A DNA stretch of 64,000 nt from positions 6,200,001 to 6,264,000 of the forward strand of contig CM068748.1 in assembly GCA_035084275.1 (NCBI GenBank), in the 5' to 3' direction. Below, piece by piece: positions 1-11,684 of the stretch. Source of the DNA: Hydrolagus colliei. Its lineage: Eukaryota. How positions within the stretch are numbered: the first letter of the stretch is position 1; each line of letters begins with the position of its first letter. The notes beneath the pieces are model-generated. The model was not told the DNA's origin, did not search any database, and was given only the letters and a program-made list of their open reading frames with translations. A program made the position numbers and the translations under genes.

Positions 1-1322
1 ACCAGTAAGTTTGACATCCATTGTGGGTAAAATTATAGAGACTCTTATTAAGGATAAAATCATGGAGTATCTGGACAGAAATAAAATCATAAATGATAGC
101 CAATATGGGATCATGAAGGAAAGGTGTTGCTAATCTAATTTATCGGTTTTCTTTGATGTTGAGACAAGGGAGCACGATAAGGGTAAACCTGTGGATGTTA
201 TACATTTGGATTTCAGTAAGGCCTTTGGTACAGTTCCTCTTGAGAGGCTGGTACTGAAAGTGAAGAAAGTGGGAATCAGTGGAGGTATAGTACAATGGAT
301 ATGCAGTTAGTTAATCGAAAGAATCCAGAGGGTGGTAGAGGAAATGTCATCAGACTGGGAAATGTTACCACCTGGTCTGCTTTGGGACTTTTTTTGTTTA
401 ACATTTTTGTAAATGATCTGGAACTAGAAGTCGCAAGCATAGTGGCTAAGTTTGCAGATGACATCAACCTAATGAAGGCGGTAGATTGCGAAGCTGAACA
501 AGATAGGTTTCAGAAGGATTTGAACATACTTGAGAATTGGGCATTTCATTGGCAGATGAAATTCAATGTGGAAAAATGTTAAATACTTCGTATGAGGACA
601 AAAAATCCTGGAAGGGACTATTATTTGAATGTAAGGAAAATAATATGTATGGAAAATGAATTGGCAATAAATTGAAACTCTCCCAACAATGCTCTGTGGC
701 AGTGAGTAAAGCAAACCAGATGTATCAAAAGATCAATAACAAGGCGAAACAGTGGGATAATCCTGCCACTGTATAAATCATTGGTGTTCATACTTAAGAG
801 TACTGTGTACAGGTCTGGTTGCTGCAGTACAGAAAGGATATTGGAGAAATCAAGAAGATATAGAAGACAGCAACCAAATGATTGAGGGAATGGAAGGACT
901 GGACTATGAGGAGTGACTCTGCAAATTGGGTCTGTTCACGGTGGAAGAGAAGATCGAGAGGCGATATGTTTGCTGTCTTTAAGATACTAAAGGGACAAGA
1001 CAATATAGATCATGACAGGTTGTTTCAACTTATCCAGAAATAGTAAAACCAGAGGATTGAAGGGGGGAAAATTCAGAACAGATCTATACAAACACTATTT
1101 TAGTGAAAAATGAAGATTGTGGAATAGGCTCCCTAGGAAGATGGTTGAAGCAGGTAGTGTTGATTCTTTCAAACACAGATTTTATAGTTTTCTTTTAGGA
1201 AATAACATTATGGGATATAGTGCATAGATAGTTTGGGACATATGTGCATGCGGCCGCCAGGAATTTGGAAGGCAAAGTAAATGATCCCTGGTCTATTTTC
1301 GTCTAGCATTTCTTATCTTGTT
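1..1322 (+). mobile_element. CR1-clade LINE, decayed 3' half of ORF2 (reverse transcriptase) plus 3' UTR; truncated by the window start
   Basis: Frame from nt 2 reads PVSLTSIVGKIIETLIKDKIMEYL...SQYGIMK...VDVIHLDFSKAFGTVP. ORF 295-582 has LFNIFVNDLE...KFADD...W..HWQMKFNVEKC. Stops and frameshifts are present. The 3' end (~1260-1322) resembles the copy at ~30860-30990. Confidence 0.94.
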
Positions 1323-1884
1323 AAGTATCAATTTAGAAACAAATTCAAGCTCAGTTCACATTGCCTTGGATTTCACTGCACAATGGCATGAATTCCATGA
1401 GCCAGCGATCTCAGGCTTCTGAGAAGAAGCTCTACTTGATTTGCTTTTCAAGCATTTACAAGATAAATGTTAAATGCAACATCAGATTTGCTGTTACCAA
1501 TCCTACAGTGCAAAGGCATACAAACTTCAACTAGCTTTTAAGATACAATGTTTCTTGATCTTACTTTTTTTTCAGATTGCATTTTTTCTAACAAGAATGC
1601 AGAGGAGGCATACCAAGCTTGGGATAATTGTCCTGAAAGTGAGATCATGGGGTCAACGGTGCACAACTCTGGATAGAGGTCCTGGGACCAACTCCTACAC
1701 AGGAATCCATAAATTTAATATAATTGATGGTGAACCTACAAGGCCTGAATGCACATTTCCATTTACCGGAATATTCCTGCTTTGTTGTTACAGCACTCTG
1801 AAGACAAGTGTGGCCATAGTTTGCAACTTTCAGTTCAATTATTTTAAGCACGTGTTTCTTATAAAATACCAAGTTATCCTCTAG

Positions 1885-2120
1885 TCTTTCGGTTCATTTA
1901 CTTTTCACCAGTTTCTCCACTTCTCTCTTGAAGGCAATGACCCTCACTGGGATGTATTCTCATGGCCATGACTAACTTTCAGGCTCCTTGCCCAAGTATT
2001 TATGTATTTGTTATGTCTGAAGCTAGACTGAGATTTAGCAAGTTATTCAACCATGGTGGGTAATACAGCCAAGCCTGAACCTATTGGTCCCTGATGTCCA
2101 CACATGCACACTTTCCAGCA
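1885..2120 (-). mobile_element. Old SINE fragment (here called family B)
   Basis: Motifs cagccaagcctga...gatgtccacacatgcacactttccagca recur at ~55820-55870, and reverse-complemented at ~26470-26540 and ~60670-60950. Confidence 0.55.
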
Positions 2121-2134
2121 AGTACAGTATCATT

Positions 2135-2357
2135 AAATAATAATAATACTAATGCTTGCATTTGATATACCGCCTTATCATGTTGTTAAGACATCTCAAA
2201 GCGTTTCACAGAATATACTGTAAAATGGGTTGATTATATTTTCTTGGCGGAACATGGCAGCCAATTGTGCACAGCAGTGTTCCACAAACTTTCGTGGATT
2301 GAGTGACTGAATTATTATCACTTTTTTGAAGGGATTTTTTTTACTGATAGTAAATAG
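2135..2357 (-). mobile_element. SINE family A, 3' part (Deu-like segment, L2-type tail, (TTA)n)
   Basis: taataat...cttgcatttgatata..cgccttatca...aaagcgtttcacagaatatactgta...gcagccaattg.gcacagcagtg aligns by eye with 21430-21600 and 46810-46960. Confidence 0.75.
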
Positions 2358-2467
2358 TGAACAGGAGAAAGATCCGGGGCAGCAAGGCTAATTATAGCAT
2401 CCTAAATACTGCTCAATTCGAGATCTGCTAAGTAATCACAGATGAGACCTTCTGGTTAGTATTTCCG

Positions 2468-3063
2468 ACTATGGAAATTCCTTCCTCATCGGCCTTCCTG
2501 GTTCTTCCCTTCACATGCTGCAGATTATCCAGAACTCTGCAGCTTGTGTCCTCACCCTCACCAAGCTCCGCAACCACATCACTCCCACCCGGCTCCATTG
2601 GCTCCCCATCCCCCAAAGGATCAAATTCAAGATCCTCGTCCTCAACTTCAAGGCCTGGGGCCTTGCCCCTGCCTATCTCTGAACTGCTGACTCCCTATCA
2701 GCCTGCCTGTCCCCTCCGTTCAGCAGGCTCTGGCCTGCTCCACGTCCACCGCTGTAACCGCCCAACAATCGGTGGCCGGGCTTTCAGCCTCTCTGCTCCC
2801 ACACTATGGAATTCTATCCCGCAATCCCTTCAGCTCACCTCCTCCATTTCCTCCTTCAAGGCCGGTCTCAAGACCTTCCTCTTCGACCGCGCCTTCTGCT
2901 ACCCTTCTAACTCTTCCCCCTCTCCTTCTTTCCTTCCCCTTCCCCCTACTCCGACCACCCCCCTGCTCGGGTCCCAACCTGATTGTTCAGTGCCTTGGGA
3001 CGTCCTCCCGACGTGAAAGGTGCTTTATAAATGTAATTGTGTTGTTTTGTTGTTATTTGTTGT
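2468..3063 (+). mobile_element. L2-clade LINE 3' fragment (ORF2 C-terminus, 3' UTR, (TTG)n tail)
   Basis: Mosaic translation across frames: DYGNSFLIGLP..LQIIQNSAA..LHWLPI.QRIKFKIL..YQPACPLRS..GGRAFSLSAPTLWNSIP..SFKAGLKTFLF. Ends gggacgtcctcccgacgtgaaaggtgctttataaatgtaattgtgttgtt. Confidence 0.93.
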
Positions 3064-3246
3064 AGTACGACATAGTGTAACACCCTTTATCCATTATATG
3101 ACTGCGAATATTTTCTACTTGAACCTTGCGAAGTTTACCAGTCAATATTGCTCAAGTTCTTTATGCTTTTCTTTCTTTAGTTGAACATCTCAAAGCTCTT
3201 TACAAAGTTGCTGTAAGGTGCAGTGACTGTACTGTATATAATCAGT

Positions 3247-3560
3247 GGAGTTCCTGTAGCTCAGTGGTTAGAGCATTTGCCTTACAAGCATGAGACCTAT
3301 ATTTGAATCCAGGCAGAGCAGGACGAAACCTTGGGCAAGTTTCCTCACTACACATGCCTGATAATAATCCCTCCAAATTTTGTTTAAAAAAAATTGGTCC
3401 TTTCAATCCACGACTGGACACTACTGTGTGCAATTGGCTGCCGTGTTTCGTCCACAAATATACAGTCAAATCACTTTGCAGTATATTCTGTGAAGCGCTT
3501 TGAGATTAGATGTGAAAAGCACTGTATCAAATGCAAGGATTATTATTATTATTGCTATTA
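3247..3560 (+). mobile_element. SINE family A, near full length (tRNA-derived head, CORE-like segment, Deu-like segment, L2-like tail)
   Basis: Head ggagttcctgtagctcagtggttagagc (Pol III A box) with a degenerate B box, then ccttgggcaagtttcc, gtgtgcaattggctgcc, and tail aaatgcaaggat(tat)n. Confidence 0.85.
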
Positions 3561-4241
3561 TAATGTTGCAATATTGCATCCACACATTTCCCAAATAAAA
3601 ATTCATACCATAGGACCATTATTTCAATGAAAATTGAGTGAAGGGTTGTTATATTTTGACACCTCCAGCCATGACCCAGGTTTTCAGATAACATTTTGAA
3701 TAGTGATAGCAGCATAAGATCACTGTCATATCTGCCATTCTTTCTACAAATCTTCTTGACCCAGTGGCAGAATAGAGGATGGTGAGAAAAGCCAGTGGAC
3801 TTTTGCCAGCAATGTTTTCTAAAAATGAACCACCTCAAATAATTATTTAAATTTAGAATCCTGGATTCTAATGTTACAAGGTTAACTTACATCAACTCAC
3901 TGAACAAGATTGAAGCCACATCTCCTTCACACAACATAAGCAGAAGCAGCACATAATTTTTTTATTTTTTCAGGTTTTTGATACACAGAATAGTTATTTA
4001 GACAGACTTACACTGTAATATAATCCCATTTTAACAAAGTATGCACTTTATTTCTTTTTTTCATGACTGGATTCAAACCAAATGGTGAAAATGAATACAT
4101 TATAAAAATAATAAAATGAATTCTCACATTAATTTGGTACACTGTAAGCAATGGTTTCTACTGCCTTATTTATTTGAAGAGAAGATACCTATGATACAGT
4201 ATTAAAAAAGAACAATTTAACAATTCATCATTCTTTAGAAA

Positions 4242-4269
4242 TGCCACAAGGTGGCAGCAGATGGCAATA
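4242..4269 (+). promoter_or_regulatory. Candidate CTCF site(s): two overlapping core-like motifs
   Basis: tgCCACAAGGTGGCAGCag is close to the CTCF core CCASYAGRKGGCRS and overlaps gcagcagatggcaat. It is not inside a repeat I recognise. Motif evidence only. Confidence 0.45.
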
Positions 4270-4879
4270 TTTCTAAATACTGTACAGTACTGTGCACTGC
4301 CTCTTTCACATACCATTCTGTTATTCTACATAGTGTGCTACAGTTTCATATGTTAGGTATCATCTAGATCATTTTTATCAATCTGGAAAGAATCTGGATC
4401 ATAATTGGGCGGTCTTCAGGACTGAAAAGACACATGTAATCGAGATACTGTGAAATCTATGACCTTGTTTGGTTTAATACTACTTTGCCCATTAAAGGAA
4501 ATGCATCTAATAAGTTTAATTTATTCCCCACACATTACATTTATTTCTCCCTCTTCCTTCAACTCACTCCATACCATGTGGAGGAATGACATTGTCCAGA
4601 AGAAAGCTCTCGGCCCTACATGTAAAAACAACAATGTGTCAGGCGAGCTCTTTGAATTGCTATGGAGTGCTGAGATGCATGTGCTGCTAGTTGAAATGTC
4701 AGGGTTTGACGTTGATGTAAATGTAAAAAGACAAAATGTTTAGTCCTCTGAGTACGGTTTCAGAGTACTTCACAAGGAACCTTTCTTCATGTTGAACATA
4801 AAGAATAATTTTCAACTGTGTGGTTACAATATGAATATTAATGTCCTCATCTGTGCAACTTCCTTGGGGACATCACTCA

Positions 4880-5045
4880 TAGGTGATGAGGAAGGGGAAC
4901 CATGGTTGATTTTTCACTCGAGCCCCGAGGAATGGAGGCCAATAATAATAATTTTATTGCTGCCCCGGCTAAAATGAGCTTACTCAGCACAAACCAGAAA
5001 TCAAACCTGCAACCTTCTGCCCTCACTGACTAGGTCATTGGAGGA
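4880..5045 (-). mobile_element. SINE family B, 5' portion
   Basis: ggaaccatggttgatttt...gaggccaat...gctgccccggct...actcagcacaaaccagaaatcaaacctg matches the related pieces at ~41930-41990 and ~55900-56010. Confidence 0.55.
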
Positions 5046-6689
5046 GGCAGGGGGAAGTTTATTAAACTGATTACAGTTGGTTGCCCATAGCTTTTTGCTG
5101 AGCTTTCTGCAATTCCAAAGTTCACCAATCACAGTAATATATGACTCTGTCCTTCTCTAGAGAATGAACAATGGAAACAGGTCAAAGCTGGACATAGATT
5201 TGACTACCATCCCTTAAAGTCTCACTGAGAACTGTGGCTATTGTGTCTGTACAAGTAGGACCAAGATTAGAAAAGGTTCTGTTTAACTGGAAAATGTGCC
5301 CTATCTGCAGATTTCAATTATTAGTTTGTGCAGCCCTAAACCCTGAGAACAGCAAGCTATTCTGCTTAAAAACATAATTTTCCAAGTTACATTGCAATGA
5401 ATTAAGATTATATTACATACCCTGTTAGTTATAGTATCATTTATTAACAATTCAAAATTAAATGGTTTGGGAAGTATATATAGTAAGTAACTTGTTGGTA
5501 AAATGTGATTTAAAACCTAATTCAACAACAAATATATAGTTTGTTATATACAGTAATTACTGACGTTCCTTAGTGTTTATCAGATTTAGAATACTGTATC
5601 ATTCATATTAGCCTTTAAAAAATTACAATATGTACAGTTGCAGATATTGGAAACTAGTCAGCTGTACAGTATTTAAATATATAAAGTACCAAAGAAACTG
5701 GAATTAGATACACACAAGACATTAACAACCTTAATGTTCACTCTGAAATGATTCAAAGGTCAGTTTTCTAACTAGCTACTTTGGCCAAAAATAAATACCC
5801 TGAATGTTTGTTAATGAATTACTGGGAGTTGTTATATGTAGTTGGTATCATGAACTTTTCTTTCTACCTGATTATACCCCTAATTAAAAGGTTCCTGTCA
5901 TAATCAGTAGCTTTTTAAAAATAGTCTCAAAGGATTACCATTCATATTTCCCTTCCCTTCTATTGAGTTTATTTTTTATCTTTAGTGAATATGAGAGTAT
6001 GAAAGGGCACTAAAATATTAAGGATTTGTTTTGAAAGTAGTCTATCCTGCCAAATTAGCCACCTTGCTAGGAATAGAATATTACGCTATTGTTTCTCATT
6101 GTAGGTTTCAGGAAATCTTCTTGATTAATAAACAGTAGTTAGTATCTAATATGTGTGTTTCATTGCATTTTTTTTAGTCAGTGCTTCTGCTTATTAATTT
6201 TCTGATAGTTGGGAAAATCATTTAATAACACGTTAACAACAATTTTTAAAAATAAATATAGTACTTGTCTTCATTATTGATAACCGGGTCAGATTTAACA
6301 GCACAGTATTCATTGTATTGCAATGCCTTCAAATTATTTTGACCACGTAATATGTGGTGCTTTGCTACAGTATGTGTTTAACAATGTGGCACTACAAGAT
6401 AAGCAAATGTATCTAACACAATTATCAAGTAAAAAGGGGAGGAAAGAGATAGTTTCACAGACTCGTTCCCATGAGATTTGTGCCAGACAACTTCTGCTGC
6501 CAGAGGCTTTGTTCTGAACAACATGATTAACTTGTCATTTGTACAACAACGCATAATGAAAATTGATTTGGGAAATTATGCTTGTTGTTAGCCCCATGTG
6601 GATCCAAACTGTCATCAGCACAGCAAGGCAATGCAAGTTGAATATGAAGGAAAAGAACAAGATCACAAGATGACAAGATTAGTCTGGAT

Positions 6690-7515
6690 AAAGAAAGCCC
6701 TTCTGTCCATCGAATCTCATCCCTCCAGACATCCATTCTATTTTACCTCCAACACTGCATCAAGCTGCTTTCTCATTGAGTCACCTGTCCCGGCCTCTAC
6801 CACGTTTCCTGGCTACCTGTCCTTGTCAAGCAAAACAACTTATATTTGTATAGTACACCACACGCAGGCTAGCCTCCTAGATCGGTTGCTGTTCATATCA
6901 AGGGGATTGTAAAATTCCCCTTTACAACCCATGTCCTCTTGTTCTGCTCTCTTGATACGTCCTAAAATATTGAACTGGGTTCACATTTTCAATCCCATTT
7001 GGAATGCTGTACACCTCTATGAGGTTTTCTCTGAGTTGTCTCCTCTTAAGACTGAAGATCCCAAGCTTGTCAAATTGTTGCTGGTAACTCATTCCCCTAT
7101 CACTGGGGATCATCCTTGATGGCCTGCTCTGGACGCCCCTCTTGTGGTAACCAAAACCATGTGCAGTATTCAAGTTATGGTCTGACTAGAGCATTGCACA
7201 GCCTGAACATCTGGGACTATGAACACAACTGATTTAGACCAGCTTGATGTTTGCTGTGTTTAGTGCTGTCTCACACTGTTTTGACAAACAATAACAACAA
7301 CAACTTGCATTTATATAGTCCCAGAGCAATATAGGAAGTGATGGGTGAACTAACACCACTAGATCTATTTCCAAATTTCCTCTCAGTAAATTCAACCCCA
7401 TCCATGGAGTACTTATGTTTCCTTTTCTTTGATCCTATACGTAGTACCTTACACTTATCAGTGATAAAATTTGGCAGTCAAGCTATAAACAAGGTTTTCC
7501 AATCTGGCAAAGTGA
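6690..7515 (-). mobile_element. CR1-clade LINE 3' fragment, decayed, interrupted by a short L2/SINE tail near 7285-7325
   Basis: ORF 6922-7173(-) reads VQSRPSRMIP..RGMSY..KLGIFSLKRRQLRENLIEVYSI.NGIENVNP..FR..SRTRGH, a typical CR1 ORF2 C-terminus. Confidence 0.82.
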
Positions 7516-7929
7516 CTTGTACATCACCTTAGGTTTGTAAAACAGAAATGGTCTGTCTCTGAAGGGACATTATGAAAATATTTTTTTTATATGGGATGCA
7601 AGAAAGTAAGGCACAGAACAATACTTTCAAATGTGCCAAAGTGGCAGAACAAGAGAGTTCAGGTTCAGGGCTGAAAAGTAGGCTGACCATATTTTGTAAA
7701 TCATTTCCCGGGATAAATCTAAAAGAAATTGAACTCACCACAGTTCGTGATGCTGGCAGTCACTGGAAAAGTTTGTTGGATAAATGGCTATATACCTAGA
7801 AGCATTTTATCTGTTTTAGAATTTTACTTTTGTTGCTCTGTTTATTGCTAAACTCAAGGCAGGGCAAATTTGTCCAGGGACATCTGAGCACTGATCCTAG
7901 AAATTGGTGTGGTATGATCACCCAACCAA

Positions 7930-8127
7930 AAAGCCAACTTCATGCAAATACCAGGAAGTATTTCTTTACCCAGAGGGTTACCGGGAAGGGTGTTTGAGGC
8001 TGGGATGCTGAACTCAATTTAATTACAGCTCGATGATGTAATATGAGGATGGAATGGTGGGTATACTGAAAGGACGAGAGAATGGGCCGAAGGGCCTTTT
8101 CAGCTGAATCTCTCTTGTGATTTTGTA
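7930..8127 (+). mobile_element. CR1 LINE 3' end remnant
   Basis: aggaagtatttctttacccagagggtt (RKYFFTQRV) followed by a CR1-type tail, atgggccgaagggcctttt. Confidence 0.6.
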
Positions 8128-8984
8128 ATGAGCAGCCTTAGGTACATAAAGCAGTTGTTTTTGAATAAATCGACCTGCTCAAGAAGCTGTAGAAACCAAT
8201 CTGCATTATAAAAAAGGTATTTGGCAATATAAATTTGACTCTGTTTCCAGTTTTCCCAGGGAGTATTACATATTTATATTAGACCAGCATCAGGATAAAC
8301 AGGTCTCTTGTTAATCGTCGGAAAATGTACACTCTCTGTCCAGCTCTCACTCAACTCCCATTGACAAAGTAATCCAGTATGTTATCTGTCACTGGAAAGA
8401 CTAGCTTACATACTCAAGCATAACAAACTAAACATATTACATCATTGCTTGCCAGTTGCATTTCACAATCAAAGGAGGGTATGTTAAATTGGACCAAAAT
8501 AATTATGTTTTTTACTGCTCTGTAGAGAACAGTACATGGCTGAGTGGTTCTGATTTGAAGCTGCTATTTTGAGTACATCATTCCAACAGCGTTGTGCTCT
8601 CTCTTTAGTTCTAACTCAAAGTGATTGCAACATAAACCATGTCTGGCAGTCCGTAGCAGTCAAATCTTATACAGAGCCCAGGAATCGAGTTGATAGTGCG
8701 GCATGAGCAACTACTAAATATTTCTTTATCAATTAACTCAAATGAAATTCAACATGTATATCTACAGACATCTCTACAAAAATGTCCTATTTACTATTGA
8801 AGTTTATGAATGTCTATTTAAAAGCTCTTGACATCTATCTGATGGAAACTGGATTTTTAATGCAACGTGGGAGAGTTTGTTCTTGCTGCTAAGCGTAGCC
8901 ACTTTGGGAATTTGGAAAATTTATTTTTTTCCCCTATGTGCTTGATTTTCTCATCTTTACTAGAAGTCTTTGTGGAAAGTTAAA

Positions 8985-9188
8985 ACAAATCCTTGCATTT
9001 TACAGATGACTTTACATGTCGGGACCGTGTCTTGAACTGCTTCAAAGGATCCATTTCAAAGTATAGCTACTGTGCATTCTGCAAGCGAATGCTGCAGCAC
9101 AGTCCATGTACAGCAATATCCCACAAACAGCCATAAAGTGAATCAATAATTTTATCAGGGAAATTGTTGGTCAGCATACCAGGAGAAA
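8985..9188 (-). mobile_element. Deu-domain SINE 3' remnant
   Basis: atccttgcattt...cagcaatatcccacaaacagcc...ttgttggtcagcataccaggagaa is the reverse complement of the Deu segment seen at 17600-17800. Confidence 0.6.
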
Positions 9189-9589
9189 AATTTAAATTAC
9201 CTCAAACTAGAGTTATAATGTTTCCCTTTTTTGTGGTATTTTGCAAATAAGTACACGTTAATTTTGGCCAATGCATTGATACAATACATAAATTCTGTGC
9301 AGAATCATATGAACATTTCAGCATTCCCAATCAAAATATTATTGCAAATAGCAATCAGGAATAGTTTGGAACAAGACTAGAAGGTGTGAGGTGAAACAAT
9401 GAGGCCTGTACTATTGGTGGCAACCAGGAGTGATATTATTGTGATTGATATCATATCATTTGACCTGATAGCACCTGGGTCTATGAAAGACAGGGACGAG
9501 ATCAGCCTATGAGCCAGTTTTACTTGTGTAACTGTGGGCCAATTGTACAGAGACGTCACCAGAGTGAAATCATGTCTCTTAGACAGTCA

Positions 9590-9835
9590 ATTAAGCACAG
9601 CAATGTCCCACAAACAGCCATGAAATTAATGACTAATTCTATTGTTGGCCAGGGCACTGGGAGAAACTCCCTTCTCTCTTTGAGTAGTGCCATGGGATCT
9701 TTAACATCTTCTTGAACAGGCAGGTGAGACCTTGGTTTAATGTCTCATTCAATGGACAGCACCTATGACAATGCAACACATCCCAACACTGCATTGGAGT
9801 ATCAGCCAAGACTATGTCAGTTCAAGTCCTGATGC
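9590..9835 (-). mobile_element. DeuSINE (AmnSINE1/SacSINE1-type Deu domain)
   Basis: tggccagggcactgggagaaactccc..ctct..agtgccatgggatcttt...ccttggtttaatgtctcat...gacagcacct..gacaatgca...ctgcattggagt.tcagcc matches the reverse complement of the Deu domain as I recall it. Confidence 0.75.
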
Positions 9836-10305
9836 TGTGTTTAACCAGCAGTAAGTAGGAACTCTTTATGCAACCCTTTGAGCTACCTCAGAAATATTTT
9901 TTTCTGTATATATTTTTATACTGTGGATAAGGCTTCATGTTTGCTTATGCATTTGTCATTATAAGGGTAAACATTGTTGCATTGAATGTGTTATAAAACG
10001 TTTAATTTTTCACCCAGTGCATTTATGAATTTTGTCGGTGATGTCCTTAAGAGAGTCTGTTGGGTGTTCCACTTTGTGACCTATTTGTATCATAATTTTC
10101 TATTGGAAAGTAACATATGCAGGGCCAATAATACAACACAATATCTAAATAATAATAATAATTATTATTAACATTACAGTACTGAATAGATGAGCGGGAG
10201 GGTGGTGGTGGTGGTGGTGGAGCGGGGACGGTGCAAAAGTGATTTGACAAAAATTCAATAAACATAAGAAATGTGCTTATTCAGACAGTGATTGTGTTTC
10301 TGCAT

Positions 10306-10430
10306 CAACAACAACAACAACAACAAATTACATTTATAAAGCGCCTTTCACGTCGGGAGGACGTCCCAAGGCGCTGCACAGGAGGTGTGTGACCCGAGCT
10401 GGGAGGGGAGTGTACGGGAAGGGGTGAAAC
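10306..10430 (-). mobile_element. L2 LINE extreme 3' end with (CAA)n
   Basis: (caa)n...ttacatttataaagcgcctttcacgtcgggaggacgtcccaaggcgctg is a near-exact reverse complement of 2988-3060. Confidence 0.88.
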
Positions 10431-11493
10431 GCGTAGGCATTTGAAGTGTATTTTTATAATGCTTTTTTCTACTCTTTCCTTCTCCAGAGAAAATGACACG
10501 TGATGTAGCAACTGTGAAGCAAAAGCCTTACATTGTACTACTCTACAGAAAGCTATTTCAAATGGCATACTTTAAACTGACAGTTGTCCTTATAGACATA
10601 TACAGCAGGTTAGAGGAGTTATTCCCAAGGAATCTTTGAAAAATGTTAAATGAAACCAGAGGGCACAGTAAAGGATTCATTTCTTCACATATGTTAAATT
10701 TGGCCGGTAGTTTGATTTGACTAATAAATATTCATTTAATGTAATGAGTACATATCATTGAGTCATTTGGAGTCTCACTGCTGTGTCAGATGGTTGTGCA
10801 ATGTCAGATCCAAGTCACGTACATCTGTGCTACACTGTAAAAACCTACATAGGTCTTTTCTTTATAAATTGTATAATCACCTAAGTCAAACATGCACCCG
10901 AGTCCCATTCAGTTTCCTATCAAAACCACTTAGACTTCTTTGTGTTAATCATCTCCTAAAGGTAACCCACATCCTCCCCTCCATCACTGCCCCACTTACT
11001 GGCTGACCCGTCAACTCGTGTGGCAGCTGCACTGAATCTCAGGAAACATAGTCTTGATCTGTTGACGCATGTGCGGAAGACGAAAAAAAGCAACTTGCAT
11101 TTATATACAGTACTGTAATGCCCTTCCCATGGGGTAGCATCCTGTAGTGCTTAAGGACCTCATTTTGTGCGATTCAATGAGATTCCAATGCTTGCCAGTA
11201 ATTGCAAATGAGACGACAGGTCGAATCGCTATGAATCGCTATGAATGGTGACACTTGTCCCATTACCATACAGACGACATGCACACTTATCATCTGCATT
11301 GAATTATGCCTTTGCAGCGTTGATTATTTATTAAATTATTCAATGATGAAGTTATTTTTTCTATACTACAGGATAGAAACTCCATTAATTCTGTGCATTT
11401 TTTAAAAATAGGTCATTAAAAAAAATTATTTAAAGGTCAGAGTGATCTTGAATATTGTCTTAGGAAGTAGTGTCCAATGTAGTCTGAGAAATA

Positions 11494-11569
11494 TTTCACT
11501 CTGCCTGGAATCGAACCCAGGTCTCTCGCTTGTAAGGCGAGTGCTTTAACCACTGAGCTACAGGACTCC
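11494..11569 (-). mobile_element. Isolated tRNA-derived head of SINE family A (pseudo-tRNA)
   Basis: The reverse complement GGAGTCCTGTAGCTCAGTGGTTAAAGCACTCGCCTTACAAGCGAGAGACCTGGGTTCGATTCCAGGCAGAGTGAAA has A and B boxes and an anticodon-like arm (TAC) but no acceptor stem. It matches the head at 3247-3320. Confidence 0.85.
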
Positions 11570-11684
11570 AATATAGTAAAAGTTAAATCTTAACATACAA
11601 ATCATTCTACTTTATTTAAAAGTCTGAATACAAAGAGGTATTAACATCAACCCTGGTAAGAGTGAATATAACACATCTTTAAAA

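Noticed and set aside
295-582. 95-aa ORF with an FADD motif as an RT gene
   Set aside because: It is a fragment of a decayed CR1 LINE with flanking stops and frameshifts.
2471-3016. 181-aa ORF, the second longest in the window
   Set aside because: It is an L2 ORF2 C-terminal remnant read partly out of frame, not a host gene.
7739-7795. 57-nt minus-strand exon-like segment (tag|...|gtgagt)
   Set aside because: The acceptor has no real polypyrimidine tract, two of three frames have stops, and the peptide is unrecognisable.
10195-10232. (GGT)n G-rich tract giving a polyproline ORF or G-quadruplex
   Set aside because: A simple microsatellite with mostly two-G runs and no supporting context.
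11494-11569. tRNA-Val(TAC) gene
   Set aside because: No acceptor stem can form, and it matches the SINE heads at 3247 and ~21740.
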